From Mycolicibacterium smegmatis (GTDB lineage Bacteria; Actinomycetota; Actinomycetes; Mycobacteriales; Mycobacteriaceae): a DNA stretch of 32,000 nt. The stretch lies in assembly GCF_001457595.1 (NCBI RefSeq), contig NZ_LN831039.1, positions 1,620,001 through 1,652,000 on the forward strand. Reading direction: 5' to 3'. Below the pieces are notes generated by a model, which was not told where the DNA came from, did not search any database, and worked only from the letters and a program-made list of their open reading frames with translations. Below are positions 9,714 through 18,140 of this stretch, piece by piece; the stretch's first letter is position 1; each line of letters begins with the position of its first letter. The position numbers were made by a program, and so were the translations under genes.

Positions 9714-10160
9714 ATGCACAGAATTCACCGCATCACCCTCGACGACGCGTTGCCATTGCTGGCCGCGGGCCGTGCCAAAGCCGAGGAGATCGGGGTCAAG
9801 CAGACCCTGTGCATAGTGGACGACGGCGGCAATGTCATTGCGCTGCACCGGTTGCCGGGAGCCCGTCTGACCGGTGTGGACATCGCGATCGCGAAGGCCT
9901 TCACCGCCGCAGGTCACGAACGTGCCACCCACCTGTTCAACGAACCGCCCAACGGGCCCGCATTGCCCGGCAACGAGGCGTTCGGCATCAGCCATATGCT
10001 GCCCGGCAAGTTCGCGATCTTCGTCGGCGGGTTCCCGTTGGTCTACGACGGGCAGATCGTCGGGGGAGTGGGCATCAGCGGCGGCAACGGCGAGCAGGAC
10101 AAGGCCGTGGGGGCGGCGATCCTCGCCGAGTTCGAGGCGCTCACCGCCGCCCAGGTGTGA
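9714..10160 (+). CDS. GlcG/HbpS (DUF336-like) family protein
   Basis: ITLDDALPLLAAGRAKAEEIGVKQTLCIVDDGGNVIALHRLPGARLTGVDIAIAKAFTA...GGFPLVYDGQIVGGVGISGGNGEQDKAVGAAI; purine-rich ribosome-binding sequence upstream of ATG 9714. Confidence 0.88.
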   Translation: MHRIHRITLDDALPLLAAGRAKAEEIGVKQTLCIVDDGGNVIALHRLPGARLTGVDIAIAKAFTAAGHERATHLFNEPPNGPALPGNEAFGISHMLPGKFAIFVGGFPLVYDGQIVGGVGISGGNGEQDKAVGAAILAEFEALTAAQV

Positions 10161-10166
10161 CCCGGA

Positions 10167-10182
10167 TGTGCAGGTTGACCCC
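10167..10182 (+). promoter_or_regulatory. Candidate regulator site TGTGCAggTTGACCCC
   Basis: Same motif, 112 nt upstream of ATG 10279, just after the stop of the preceding gene. Confidence 0.6.
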
Positions 10183-10278
10183 GCCGCGGGCGCCGGCCCG
10201 GTGATTGTGACCATGGCCCGCACCCCGAGGCGTCACTAATCTCCCTGGAACCCAAGCATTTTCAGCGAAAGGAAACTC

Positions 10279-10998
10279 ATGACCGAGCTACTGGGACGCG
10301 ATGAATTCCGTGCCGAACTGGAGAACGCGATCAAGGGGCGTGAAGCCAAGAACGCCTCGTTCTCCAAGGCATGGGCCGAGGGCAAGCTGACCAAGGATCA
10401 CTTCGCCCGCTGGGCCGAGAACCACTACCACTACGTGGGCCCGTTCGCCGACTACCTGGCCAACATCTACTCCAACACCCCCGACGAGTTCACCGGCGCG
10501 AAAGACTTCACGCTGCAGAACATGTACGAGGAGGAGCTGGCCGACATCCGCCACACCGACCTGCTCATCAAGTTCGGTGAGGCGTGCGGGACCACGCGTG
10601 AGCGCATCGAGGACCCGTCGAACATGAACCCGATCACGCGCGGTCTGCAGGCGTGGTGCTATGCGGTCTCGCAGCGCGAGCACTTCGTGGTCGCCACCGC
10701 GGCGCTGGTGGTGGGCCTGGAATCCCAGGTGCCCAGCATCTACACCAAGCAGATCGTGCCCCTGCGCGAGGTGTACGGCTTCACCGAGGACGAGATCGAG
10801 TTCTTCGACCTGCACATCACGTCCGACGTCGTGCACGGCGAGCGCGGATACCAGATCGTGCTCGACCACGCCGACACCCCGCAGTTGCAGCAGCGCTGCC
10901 TGCAACTGGTGCGCTGGGGCGCCGAGATGCGCTTCTCCTACACCAAGGGCCTCTACGACTACTACGTCGCACCGGATCTCCAAGCCGCAGGCGTCTGA
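10279..10998 (+). CDS. Heme-oxygenase-like diiron protein (HDO superfamily; PqqC/CADD/TenA-like)
   Basis: Helical protein with RWAENHYHYVGPFADYLA, YEEELADIRHTDLL, GLESQVPSIY, FDLHITSDVVHGERG. Potential ligands E85, H92, E138, H169, D173, H176 with the E-x6-H and H-x3-D-x2-H spacing of CADD-type HDOs. Confidence 0.82.
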   Translation: MTELLGRDEFRAELENAIKGREAKNASFSKAWAEGKLTKDHFARWAENHYHYVGPFADYLANIYSNTPDEFTGAKDFTLQNMYEEELADIRHTDLLIKFGEACGTTRERIEDPSNMNPITRGLQAWCYAVSQREHFVVATAALVVGLESQVPSIYTKQIVPLREVYGFTEDEIEFFDLHITSDVVHGERGYQIVLDHADTPQLQQRCLQLVRWGAEMRFSYTKGLYDYYVAPDLQAAGV

Positions 10999-11043
10999 TC
11001 CCTGATCCCTGAAACCCCGCCGCCTCGACAGAAAGGTTGTGCT

Positions 11044-11394
11044 GTGACTGCGAACTGGGTTGCGGTGGCGAGCCGTAAAGAGCTCGCCCGCCGCCGCAAA
11101 CTCCGCGTGGAACTCGACGGTCTGGCCATCGCGCTGTTCGAGGCGGCGGGCCGGGTGTACGCATTCGCCGACGCATGCGTGCACCAGGACCGGTCGCTGG
11201 TCAAAGGCACCCTGCTGCACGGCAAGGTGATCTGCCCCGGCCACCAATGGCAGTTCGACCTGGAGACCGGATACGAGGAGAGCCAAGGCCGCTGCCAGCC
11301 CACCTACGCGGTGCGCGTCGACGACGACACCGTCTACGTGGACCCCACCGCGCGGATGTCACCCGTGACCGCAGGAGAGGAAGCCAACGCATGA
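11044..11394 (+). CDS. Small Rieske [2Fe-2S] ferredoxin
   Basis: Rieske motif CVH-x16-CPGHQWQFDLETG. Confidence 0.93.
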   Translation: MTANWVAVASRKELARRRKLRVELDGLAIALFEAAGRVYAFADACVHQDRSLVKGTLLHGKVICPGHQWQFDLETGYEESQGRCQPTYAVRVDDDTVYVDPTARMSPVTAGEEANA

Positions 11395-12617
11395 CCGACC
11401 GCACCTTCGTGACCGTGGGGGCCGGACAGACCGCCGCGGTGGCAGCACGCACGCTGCGCCGCCGCGGGTTCGACGGCCGCATCATCCTGGTCGGTGACGA
11501 ACCGCACGCGCCGTACCAGCGGCCACCGCTGTCGAAGGAATTCCTCTGCGACACGGCCGCATCCGATGACCTGTGGATCCTGCCCGAGAAGTGGTGCGCC
11601 GACAACGGCGTCGAGATCCGCACCGGGGCCGAGGTCACCGGCGTCGATGCCGCCACGGGCACCGTCGAGATCGCCGGACAGGCACCGGTGCGCGCCGACG
11701 CGGTGCTGTTCGCCACGGGCGGGCGGCCCCGCCGCTTGCCGGTGCCCGGCCCCCGGCCAGAACTCGTGCACTACCTGCGCACTCTCGATGACGCACGACG
11801 CCTGCACGACGCCCTGGCATCCGGATGCCGTCTCGGTGTCATCGGCGCCGGCTTCGTCGGGCTCGAAATCGCCGCCACCGCAGTGGGTCTCGGCGCTTCG
11901 GTGACCGTGCTGGAAGCCGCGCCGATGCCGCTGGGCACCGTCGTCGGGTCACGCGTCGGCGCCGAGATCGTGCGCCTGCACCGCGGCAACGGGGTCGAAC
12001 TGCTCACCGGCGTGGCCGTGAACGGGGTACGCACCGACGCCGAGGGCGTCGTCGTCAGCACCGGCGCGCAGGACCTGCGCTTCGACGCCGTCGTGATCGG
12101 CATCGGCATCACCCCCAACACCGCTGTGGCCGAGGCCTCCGGGCTCGCGGTCGACGACGGCATCGTCGTCGACGCCCAGGGTCGCGCATCGATACCCAAC
12201 ATCTACGCCGCGGGCGACGTCGCGCGCCGCTACTCCGAACGCGCCGGAAAACACGTCCGCATCGAGCATTTCGACAACGCCAACCGGCAGGGCGCCGCGG
12301 TCGCCAACGCCATGCTGGGCCGCGACGCCGTCAACGACGACGCGCCGTGGTTCTGGTCCGACCAGTACGAGCACAACCTGCAACTGCTGGGCGAGGCCAC
12401 CGGCAACCTGGTGATCCGCGGCGACGTCGGCGAATTCGAGTTCACCGCGTTCTACGTCGACACCGACGACACGCTGCGCGGCGTGTTCACCGTCGACCGG
12501 GGTGAGGACGTCATGGTGGGCCGCGAACTGCTCGGCCGCCGCATCCCGCGCGCCGTCCTGGAAGACGACGACGCCGATTTGTGGGAACTCGTCGACACCG
12601 AGGAGGTGGCACAGTGA
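11391..12617 (+). CDS. FAD-dependent NAD(P)H:ferredoxin reductase
   Basis: ATG overlaps the upstream stop (ATGA). TFVTVGAGQTAAVAARTLRR, PYQRPPLSKEFL, second dinucleotide fold RLGVIGAGFVGLEIAATAVGLG, and IYAAGDVA motif. Confidence 0.93.
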   Translation: MTDRTFVTVGAGQTAAVAARTLRRRGFDGRIILVGDEPHAPYQRPPLSKEFLCDTAASDDLWILPEKWCADNGVEIRTGAEVTGVDAATGTVEIAGQAPVRADAVLFATGGRPRRLPVPGPRPELVHYLRTLDDARRLHDALASGCRLGVIGAGFVGLEIAATAVGLGASVTVLEAAPMPLGTVVGSRVGAEIVRLHRGNGVELLTGVAVNGVRTDAEGVVVSTGAQDLRFDAVVIGIGITPNTAVAEASGLAVDDGIVVDAQGRASIPNIYAAGDVARRYSERAGKHVRIEHFDNANRQGAAVANAMLGRDAVNDDAPWFWSDQYEHNLQLLGEATGNLVIRGDVGEFEFTAFYVDTDDTLRGVFTVDRGEDVMVGRELLGRRIPRAVLEDDDADLWELVDTEEVAQ

Positions 12618-14056
12618 CTGTCGAGGGAGCCAACTTCATCGACGGGCAGTGGATCCCGGCCGCGTCGGGACGCACCTTCGCGCGTCACAACCCGGCCGAC
12701 CCCGACGATCTCGTCGGGGTCTTCCCGGCCTCCGACGGCGTCGACGTGCGCACCGCCGTCGACGCGCTCGACAAGGCCGCCCCCGAATGGGCCGCCACGC
12801 CGCCCGAACGCCGTGCGGCGATCCTGGAAGCCGCTGCCGTGCAACTGGAATCACGCGCAGCGGAGTTGATCGCCGAATTGATCCGCGAAGAGGGCAAGAC
12901 CACCGCCGAGGCCACCATGGAGGTGAGCCGGACCCCGGCGAACCTGCGCTTCTACGCCGGCGAGGCGCTGCGGTCCACGGGCACCACCTACCCCGCACCG
13001 GGGGAGGGTCTGGTCTACACGCTGCGTGAGCCCGTCGGCATCGTCGGCGCCATCACACCGTGGAACTTCCCGTTCAACATCCCGTCACGCAAACTCGGGC
13101 CGGCGCTCGCGGCAGGAAATCCGGTGCTGTACAAGCCCTCCGAACTCACCCCGCTGATGGGGCAGCGTCTGGTCGAGGCGTTGTTGGACGGTGGGCTGCC
13201 GCCCTCGGCGCTCGCGCTGGTCCAGGGCGACGGCGTGGCGGGTGCCGCGGTCGCCGCGGATCCACGCGTCGCAGCGGTCACCTTCACCGGGTCGACAGCC
13301 GTCGGCCGTGCGATCCACCAGCAGGTCGGACCCCAGCGCCGCGTCCAACTGGAGATGGGCGGCAAGAACCCCGTGGTGGTCGCCGGGGACGCCGACCTCG
13401 ACGCCGCGGCCGCCCTCATCGTCAAAGGCGCGTTCGGGCTCAGCGGACAGGCCTGCACCGGGACCAGCCGCGTGATCGCGGTCGACGAGATCCACGATGC
13501 GCTGCTCGACCGCGTGGTGGCCAAGGCCGACGCGCTGCAGGTCGGGCCCGGCAATCAGCCCGGTGTGCACATGGGTCCGCTGGCCAGCGCGGCCCAGAGG
13601 GAAAAGTTCCTGCACTACGTGCACGCCGGGATCACCGAGGGCGCCACCCTGCGCTGCGGCGGCACCACGGTGGGCGATCACGGATTCTTCGTCCGCCCGG
13701 CGGTTTTCGCCGACGCGCTGCCGACCATGCGCATCGTCACCGAGGAGGTGTTCGGGCCGCTGGTCGCGTTCCAGCGCGCGGCATCCCTCGACGAGGCCGT
13801 CGCGCTGGCCAACGCCACCGAGTACGGACTGGCGGCCTCGATCGTCACGTCGGACCTCGCCGCGGCGACACGGTTCGCCCGGCAGTCGAAGACCGGCCTG
13901 GTCAAGATCAACCAGCCGACCACGGGCATGGCGATGAACGCGCCCTTCGGCGGCTACAAGGCGTCGAGCACCCAGACCTTCAAGGAACAGGCCGGGCCGA
14001 CGCTCATGGAGTTCTACACGCTCGAGAAGACCGTCTACCTCACCCCGGCCCTCTGA
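12614..14056 (+). CDS. NAD(P)-dependent aldehyde dehydrogenase
   Basis: GTG start overlaps the upstream stop. NFIDGQWIPAASGRTF, ITPWNFPFNIPSRKLGPALAAGNPVLYKPSE, LEMGGKNPVVV, GQACTGTSRVI, PFGGYKASSTQ. Confidence 0.94.
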   Translation: MTVEGANFIDGQWIPAASGRTFARHNPADPDDLVGVFPASDGVDVRTAVDALDKAAPEWAATPPERRAAILEAAAVQLESRAAELIAELIREEGKTTAEATMEVSRTPANLRFYAGEALRSTGTTYPAPGEGLVYTLREPVGIVGAITPWNFPFNIPSRKLGPALAAGNPVLYKPSELTPLMGQRLVEALLDGGLPPSALALVQGDGVAGAAVAADPRVAAVTFTGSTAVGRAIHQQVGPQRRVQLEMGGKNPVVVAGDADLDAAAALIVKGAFGLSGQACTGTSRVIAVDEIHDALLDRVVAKADALQVGPGNQPGVHMGPLASAAQREKFLHYVHAGITEGATLRCGGTTVGDHGFFVRPAVFADALPTMRIVTEEVFGPLVAFQRAASLDEAVALANATEYGLAASIVTSDLAAATRFARQSKTGLVKINQPTTGMAMNAPFGGYKASSTQTFKEQAGPTLMEFYTLEKTVYLTPAL

Positions 14057-14070
14057 ACACAGGAGCTGCA

Positions 14071-14424
14071 ATGGAATTCACCCGAGTCGCCAGATCCGGT
14101 CAGGTGCCCGAGGGCATCGTGCGACGGTTCTTCGCGGGCGAGTACGAGTTCGCCGTGGCCCGCCTCAACGGCAAGGCCTACGCGACGTCCAACTACTGCA
14201 CGCATCTGGACTGCATGCTCTCGTCGGGCAAGCTCGTCGACGACGGCATCGGATGCTCGTGCCACGGAAGTGCATTCGACCTCGAGACCGGTGAGCCCAT
14301 CTGCCCGCCCGCCACGGTCGCGATCAAGACCTACCCGGTCGAGGAACGCGACGGCGAGATCTTCGTCGGTGTCGAGCCGGGGGAGATGCCCGTCGGACCG
14401 CGGCGGCGACGCAAGGGGGCGTGA
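14071..14424 (+). CDS. Second small Rieske [2Fe-2S] ferredoxin
   Basis: Rieske motif CTH-x16-CSCHGSAFDLETGEP; within ORF 13060..14424, ATG 14071 follows AGGAGCTGCA. Confidence 0.93.
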   Translation: MEFTRVARSGQVPEGIVRRFFAGEYEFAVARLNGKAYATSNYCTHLDCMLSSGKLVDDGIGCSCHGSAFDLETGEPICPPATVAIKTYPVEERDGEIFVGVEPGEMPVGPRRRRKGA

Positions 14425-16025
14425 GCCAGGTGCAGCGGCCGCCGACACTGTCCACCGGCGCGATGGTCAGCTCGAGCCATCCCGCCGCCAGCTTCGCCGG
14501 GGCGCGCGTACTCGCCGACGGCGGCAACGCGATCGACGCGACCCTGGCGATGGCCGCGGTCACGTGGCTGACGTTGCCCGGTCAATGCGGCATCGGCGGC
14601 GACGCGTTCGTCGTCGTGGCCGAACCCGACGGGCGGGTGTGGACGGTCAACGGGTCCGGCTTCGGCCCCGACGGCGGCACCACGGACTTCTATCGCGACA
14701 TTCAGGGCGAACGATCTGGTATTCCCCTGACCGGTGCGCTCGGTGTCGCGGTTCCCGGCGCCCCGGCGGCATTGGCCGCGTTGCACTCCCACGGCGCACG
14801 CATGTCGCTGGCGGAGCTGTGGGAACCGGCGGCGCGCATGGCCGAGAACGGACTGGCGTGCTCGGCCAAGACCGTCACCGACGTGCGGGAGACGTTCGAC
14901 GCGATCCGCGCCGACGACGGTCTGGCGGCCGTGTACACGCCCGACGGCGCCGTCCCCGCGGTGGGGCAGCGGTTGCCGCAACCCGACCTGGCCCGCACCA
15001 TCCGCCGGCTCGCCACCGCGCCCGGTGATTTCTACACCGGCGAGTTCGCCGAACGCGCCGTGGCGGTGCTGTGCGCGGCAGGCGCCCCGTTCAGCGGCGA
15101 CGAATGGGCCGCCGGTGCCGTCGTCGCTCCCGAGGCCCCGCTCACGGGCGGCTACGCCGGTGCGACGATTCACCAGACGCCACTACCCACCCCCGGCTGG
15201 ATGGTGTTGCAGCAGGCCGCGCTGTGCGACGGAACCCTCGGTGCGGCACCGTGGCTGGGCGCCGAGGCCATCGACCGCATGGCCCGGGCAGCTCGGCTGG
15301 CGTTCCAAGACCGGTTCGCGCTGTGCGGATCCGACGGCGCGGGTGTGCGAGAGGTGCTGGACGCCAACCGGATCGCCGAACAGCGGCGTGCTCTGGATGC
15401 GTCGGCGGAACAGCGGATGTCGTTCAGCGTCGCCGGCGGTGACACGACGTGCACGGTCGCCGTCGACGCCGACGGGCGTGCCGTGTCGTTCATCCATTCC
15501 CTGGGTTTCACGTTCGGGGCCAAGCTCACGGTGCCCGGAACCGGCGTCGTCCTCAACAACCGGTTGGGCCGCGGTGCCTACCTGATCCCCGGGCATCCCA
15601 ACGAGGTCGCGCCGCGCCGCAAACCACTGAACACCCTCAACGCCTGGATCGCCACCGGCGCCGATGGGGAACTGCTCGCCCTCGGCTCCATCCCCGGCGG
15701 CGATGGTCAGGTGCAGTGGAACATGCAGTTGCTCTCGCACCTGTTCGACCACGGGCTGGACCCGGCCGAGGCGGTCAGCGCACCGCGTTTCACGGTGTTC
15801 CCCGGATCCGACGCCGACGTCATCGGCAGGCCCGACGAATTGCGCGTCGAGGCAAGGATTCCCGACGACGTCCGGTCGGAGTTGCAGGACATGGGGCATC
15901 GCGTCGTGGTGCAACCGGATTTCGGCGCCGGCGGAAGCGCCCAGGTGATCCGCCGCGACGCGCGCGGTGTGCTCAGCGGCGCGGCCGACCCGCGTCAGGA
16001 AGGGATCGCGATCGGTGTCGAGTGA
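14421..16025 (+). CDS. Gamma-glutamyltransferase-family Ntn hydrolase (possibly HpxW/oxamate amidohydrolase-like)
   Basis: STGAMVSSSHPAASFAGARVLADGGNAIDATLAMAAVTWLTLPGQCGIGGDAFVVV; candidate catalytic Thr region GDTTCTVAVDADGRAVSFIHSL; GTG start overlaps the upstream stop. Confidence 0.9.
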   Translation: MSQVQRPPTLSTGAMVSSSHPAASFAGARVLADGGNAIDATLAMAAVTWLTLPGQCGIGGDAFVVVAEPDGRVWTVNGSGFGPDGGTTDFYRDIQGERSGIPLTGALGVAVPGAPAALAALHSHGARMSLAELWEPAARMAENGLACSAKTVTDVRETFDAIRADDGLAAVYTPDGAVPAVGQRLPQPDLARTIRRLATAPGDFYTGEFAERAVAVLCAAGAPFSGDEWAAGAVVAPEAPLTGGYAGATIHQTPLPTPGWMVLQQAALCDGTLGAAPWLGAEAIDRMARAARLAFQDRFALCGSDGAGVREVLDANRIAEQRRALDASAEQRMSFSVAGGDTTCTVAVDADGRAVSFIHSLGFTFGAKLTVPGTGVVLNNRLGRGAYLIPGHPNEVAPRRKPLNTLNAWIATGADGELLALGSIPGGDGQVQWNMQLLSHLFDHGLDPAEAVSAPRFTVFPGSDADVIGRPDELRVEARIPDDVRSELQDMGHRVVVQPDFGAGGSAQVIRRDARGVLSGAADPRQEGIAIGVE

Positions 16026-16446
16026 GCAGACCGGCGCACCGGCGCCGCAGGGCGACTACCGGCCCGCGCTGTTGCATGACGGTGTCGTCTACACCGCGGG
16101 CATGACACCGCGCCGCGACGGTGAACTCGTGCTGCGCGGCGTCGTCGGGGTCACGGTGTCGGCCGGGCAGGCCTTCGACGCGGCCGGCATCGCCGCGGGC
16201 AACGCGCTGGCCGCGGCACGCTCGGTGCTGCCCGACGGTGCAACGGATGTCCGCTGCCTGCGCATGACCGTGTACATCGCGTGCGCTCAGTCGTTTCACG
16301 AGCTCTCCGCTGTGGCCGACGGTGCCTCGGCCGCGCTGGGCGCTGAGCTCGGCGGATCAGGCGTTCCGGTGCGCGCGGCCATCGGCGTGCAGACCCTGCC
16401 GTCGGGTGCGCCCGTCGAGGTGGATCTCATCGCTGCGGTGGTGTAG
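16015..16446 (+). CDS. RidA/YjgF-family protein (Rid subfamily)
   Basis: LLHDGVVYTAGMTPRRDGELVLRGVVG...NALAAARSVL...CLRMTVYIACAQSFHELSAVADGAS...VRAAIGVQTLPSGAPVEVDLIAAV. GTG at 16015 overlaps the preceding gene. Confidence 0.88.
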   Translation: MSSEQTGAPAPQGDYRPALLHDGVVYTAGMTPRRDGELVLRGVVGVTVSAGQAFDAAGIAAGNALAAARSVLPDGATDVRCLRMTVYIACAQSFHELSAVADGASAALGAELGGSGVPVRAAIGVQTLPSGAPVEVDLIAAVV

Positions 16447-16515
16447 GTGCGGTTGTTCTGGTTGGCGGGTGTGAAAAGAAAAGGGGCACAGTGCACATGG
16501 ATCGGCAGCAACCAT

Positions 16516-16531
16516 GTGCGGTTTGACGCCG
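16516..16531 (+). promoter_or_regulatory. Candidate regulator site TGTGCggtTTGACGCC (degenerate)
   Basis: Degenerate copy 104 nt upstream of the permease start at 16620. Confidence 0.45.
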
Positions 16532-16619
16532 GTGTCTTCCGGCAAATCGGTCGAATTGCGGAAAATGGTGAGCACCTTAGGGTTACATGAATTCAAGGTA
16601 GCCAGGCAGTTCTAGTCGA

Positions 16620-18140
16620 TTGGATGTGAACGCGGTGTCCGCAGCTCATTGGGTGTACCTGCTCGGTCTTGTGGTGTTGATCGGCACAGTGGTGGCCAAG
16701 AAGAACGTCATCGCGCCTGCGCTCATCGCCACATTCCTCACCGGATGGGTCTACCAGGGCAGCGTGACCACCGGGCTGGGAGCCATCTTCAACGCCGCGA
16801 TCGCCGGAACCCGCGAGTTACTGCCGATTTTCATCATCATCGCCCTCGTCACCGCGATGCTCGGTGCCATGCGTGCGCTGGGCTCCGACGCCATCATGAT
16901 CCGTCCGCTGCGCGGGTTGTTCCGCAACGGGCACATCTCCTACGTGTTGCTCGCTGTCGTGACGTTCCTTCTGTCGCTGGCGTTCTGGCCGACACCCGTG
17001 CTGCCGCTGATCGCGGCGATCCTGCTCCCGGCCGCCGTCCGCGCCGGCCTACCGCTGCTCGGCGCCGCACTCGCGATCGCCATCGCAGGCCAGGGCATGG
17101 CGCTGAGTTCGGACTACATCATGGGCGTGGCGCCTGCGCTCTCGGCCGAGGGCGCCGACGTTCCGGCCCGGTTGATCGCCGACCGTGCGACGGTCATCGC
17201 CCTGATCGCGGGCGCCGTGGCCTTGGCGATCGTGTATCTTCGCGACGTGCGCACCAAGGTGCGTGCCCCGGGCGATGGTGACGACATCGGTTCGGCTGCT
17301 TCGGGTTTCGCGCAGGATCCCGACTCGCCGGAGCCGAGTTCCGGCCCGATCGCCGGGCCTGGTGGTCAGGCAGACGGCGGCGCCTTGGCCACCCTCAGCG
17401 CGCCTGCGGCGACCGACGTCGAAGCGGCTCCGGGGCGCAAGGCCCTGCTGATCGCTGTCGCAGTGCCCGCACTGTTCGCCGGCCTGCTCGTCTTCATGCT
17501 CCTCGGGCGGTTCACCACGGTCATCCCCGACATCGACGAAGGTCTCGGCGCTCCGCTGGTTGGCGGCACCGCTGCTCTCGCGCTCGTGGCAATCGCTCTG
17601 ATCAGCAACCGCAAACGCTGGCTCGACGACGTCGGCGAGCACTTCACCGAAGGCATCGGCTTCTCGTTCCGCACCATGGGCATGGTCATCCCGGTCGCGG
17701 GATTCGTCTACATCGGCCTGGCCGACTACTCCGCGGGCATCCTGGGCCTGCCGGAAGGCGCCGAGGCGCCGGCCTTCTTGTTCGACGCCGTCGGCGCGGT
17801 ACAGGACCACATCCCGGCGGCCCCGGCCTTCGCGGCCTTCGCGATGTTGATCGTCGGCATGCTGATCGGGCTGGACGGCAACGGCTGGCCCGGTCTCCCG
17901 TTCACGGGTTCGCTGGCGTCGACTCTCGGGGACGGGACGTCCGACGTCGCCACCTTGGCGGCGATCGCGCAGAACGGTGCCAGCTGGACCGGGGGCGGCA
18001 CGCTGGTGATCTGGTCGTCACTGATCGTCGTCGCGGGTCTTACCGGGGTGTCGGTGATGGACCTGGCCCGACGCCTGTTCATCCCGGTCGTCACAGGACT
18101 TGTGGTGGCCACCGGCATCGCGACGGTGGTGCTGCTGTGA
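16620..18140 (+). CDS. Multi-spanning membrane permease of unassigned family (paralog of 4455..6083)
   Basis: Shared motifs with 4455..6083: LPIFIIIALVTAMLGAMRALGSD, AFWPTPVLPLIAAILLPAAVRAGL, AIAGQGMALSSDYIMGVAPALSAEGADV. Start uncertain (TTG 16620 or nearby GTG). Confidence 0.75.
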   Translation: MDVNAVSAAHWVYLLGLVVLIGTVVAKKNVIAPALIATFLTGWVYQGSVTTGLGAIFNAAIAGTRELLPIFIIIALVTAMLGAMRALGSDAIMIRPLRGLFRNGHISYVLLAVVTFLLSLAFWPTPVLPLIAAILLPAAVRAGLPLLGAALAIAIAGQGMALSSDYIMGVAPALSAEGADVPARLIADRATVIALIAGAVALAIVYLRDVRTKVRAPGDGDDIGSAASGFAQDPDSPEPSSGPIAGPGGQADGGALATLSAPAATDVEAAPGRKALLIAVAVPALFAGLLVFMLLGRFTTVIPDIDEGLGAPLVGGTAALALVAIALISNRKRWLDDVGEHFTEGIGFSFRTMGMVIPVAGFVYIGLADYSAGILGLPEGAEAPAFLFDAVGAVQDHIPAAPAFAAFAMLIVGMLIGLDGNGWPGLPFTGSLASTLGDGTSDVATLAAIAQNGASWTGGGTLVIWSSLIVVAGLTGVSVMDLARRLFIPVVTGLVVATGIATVVLL

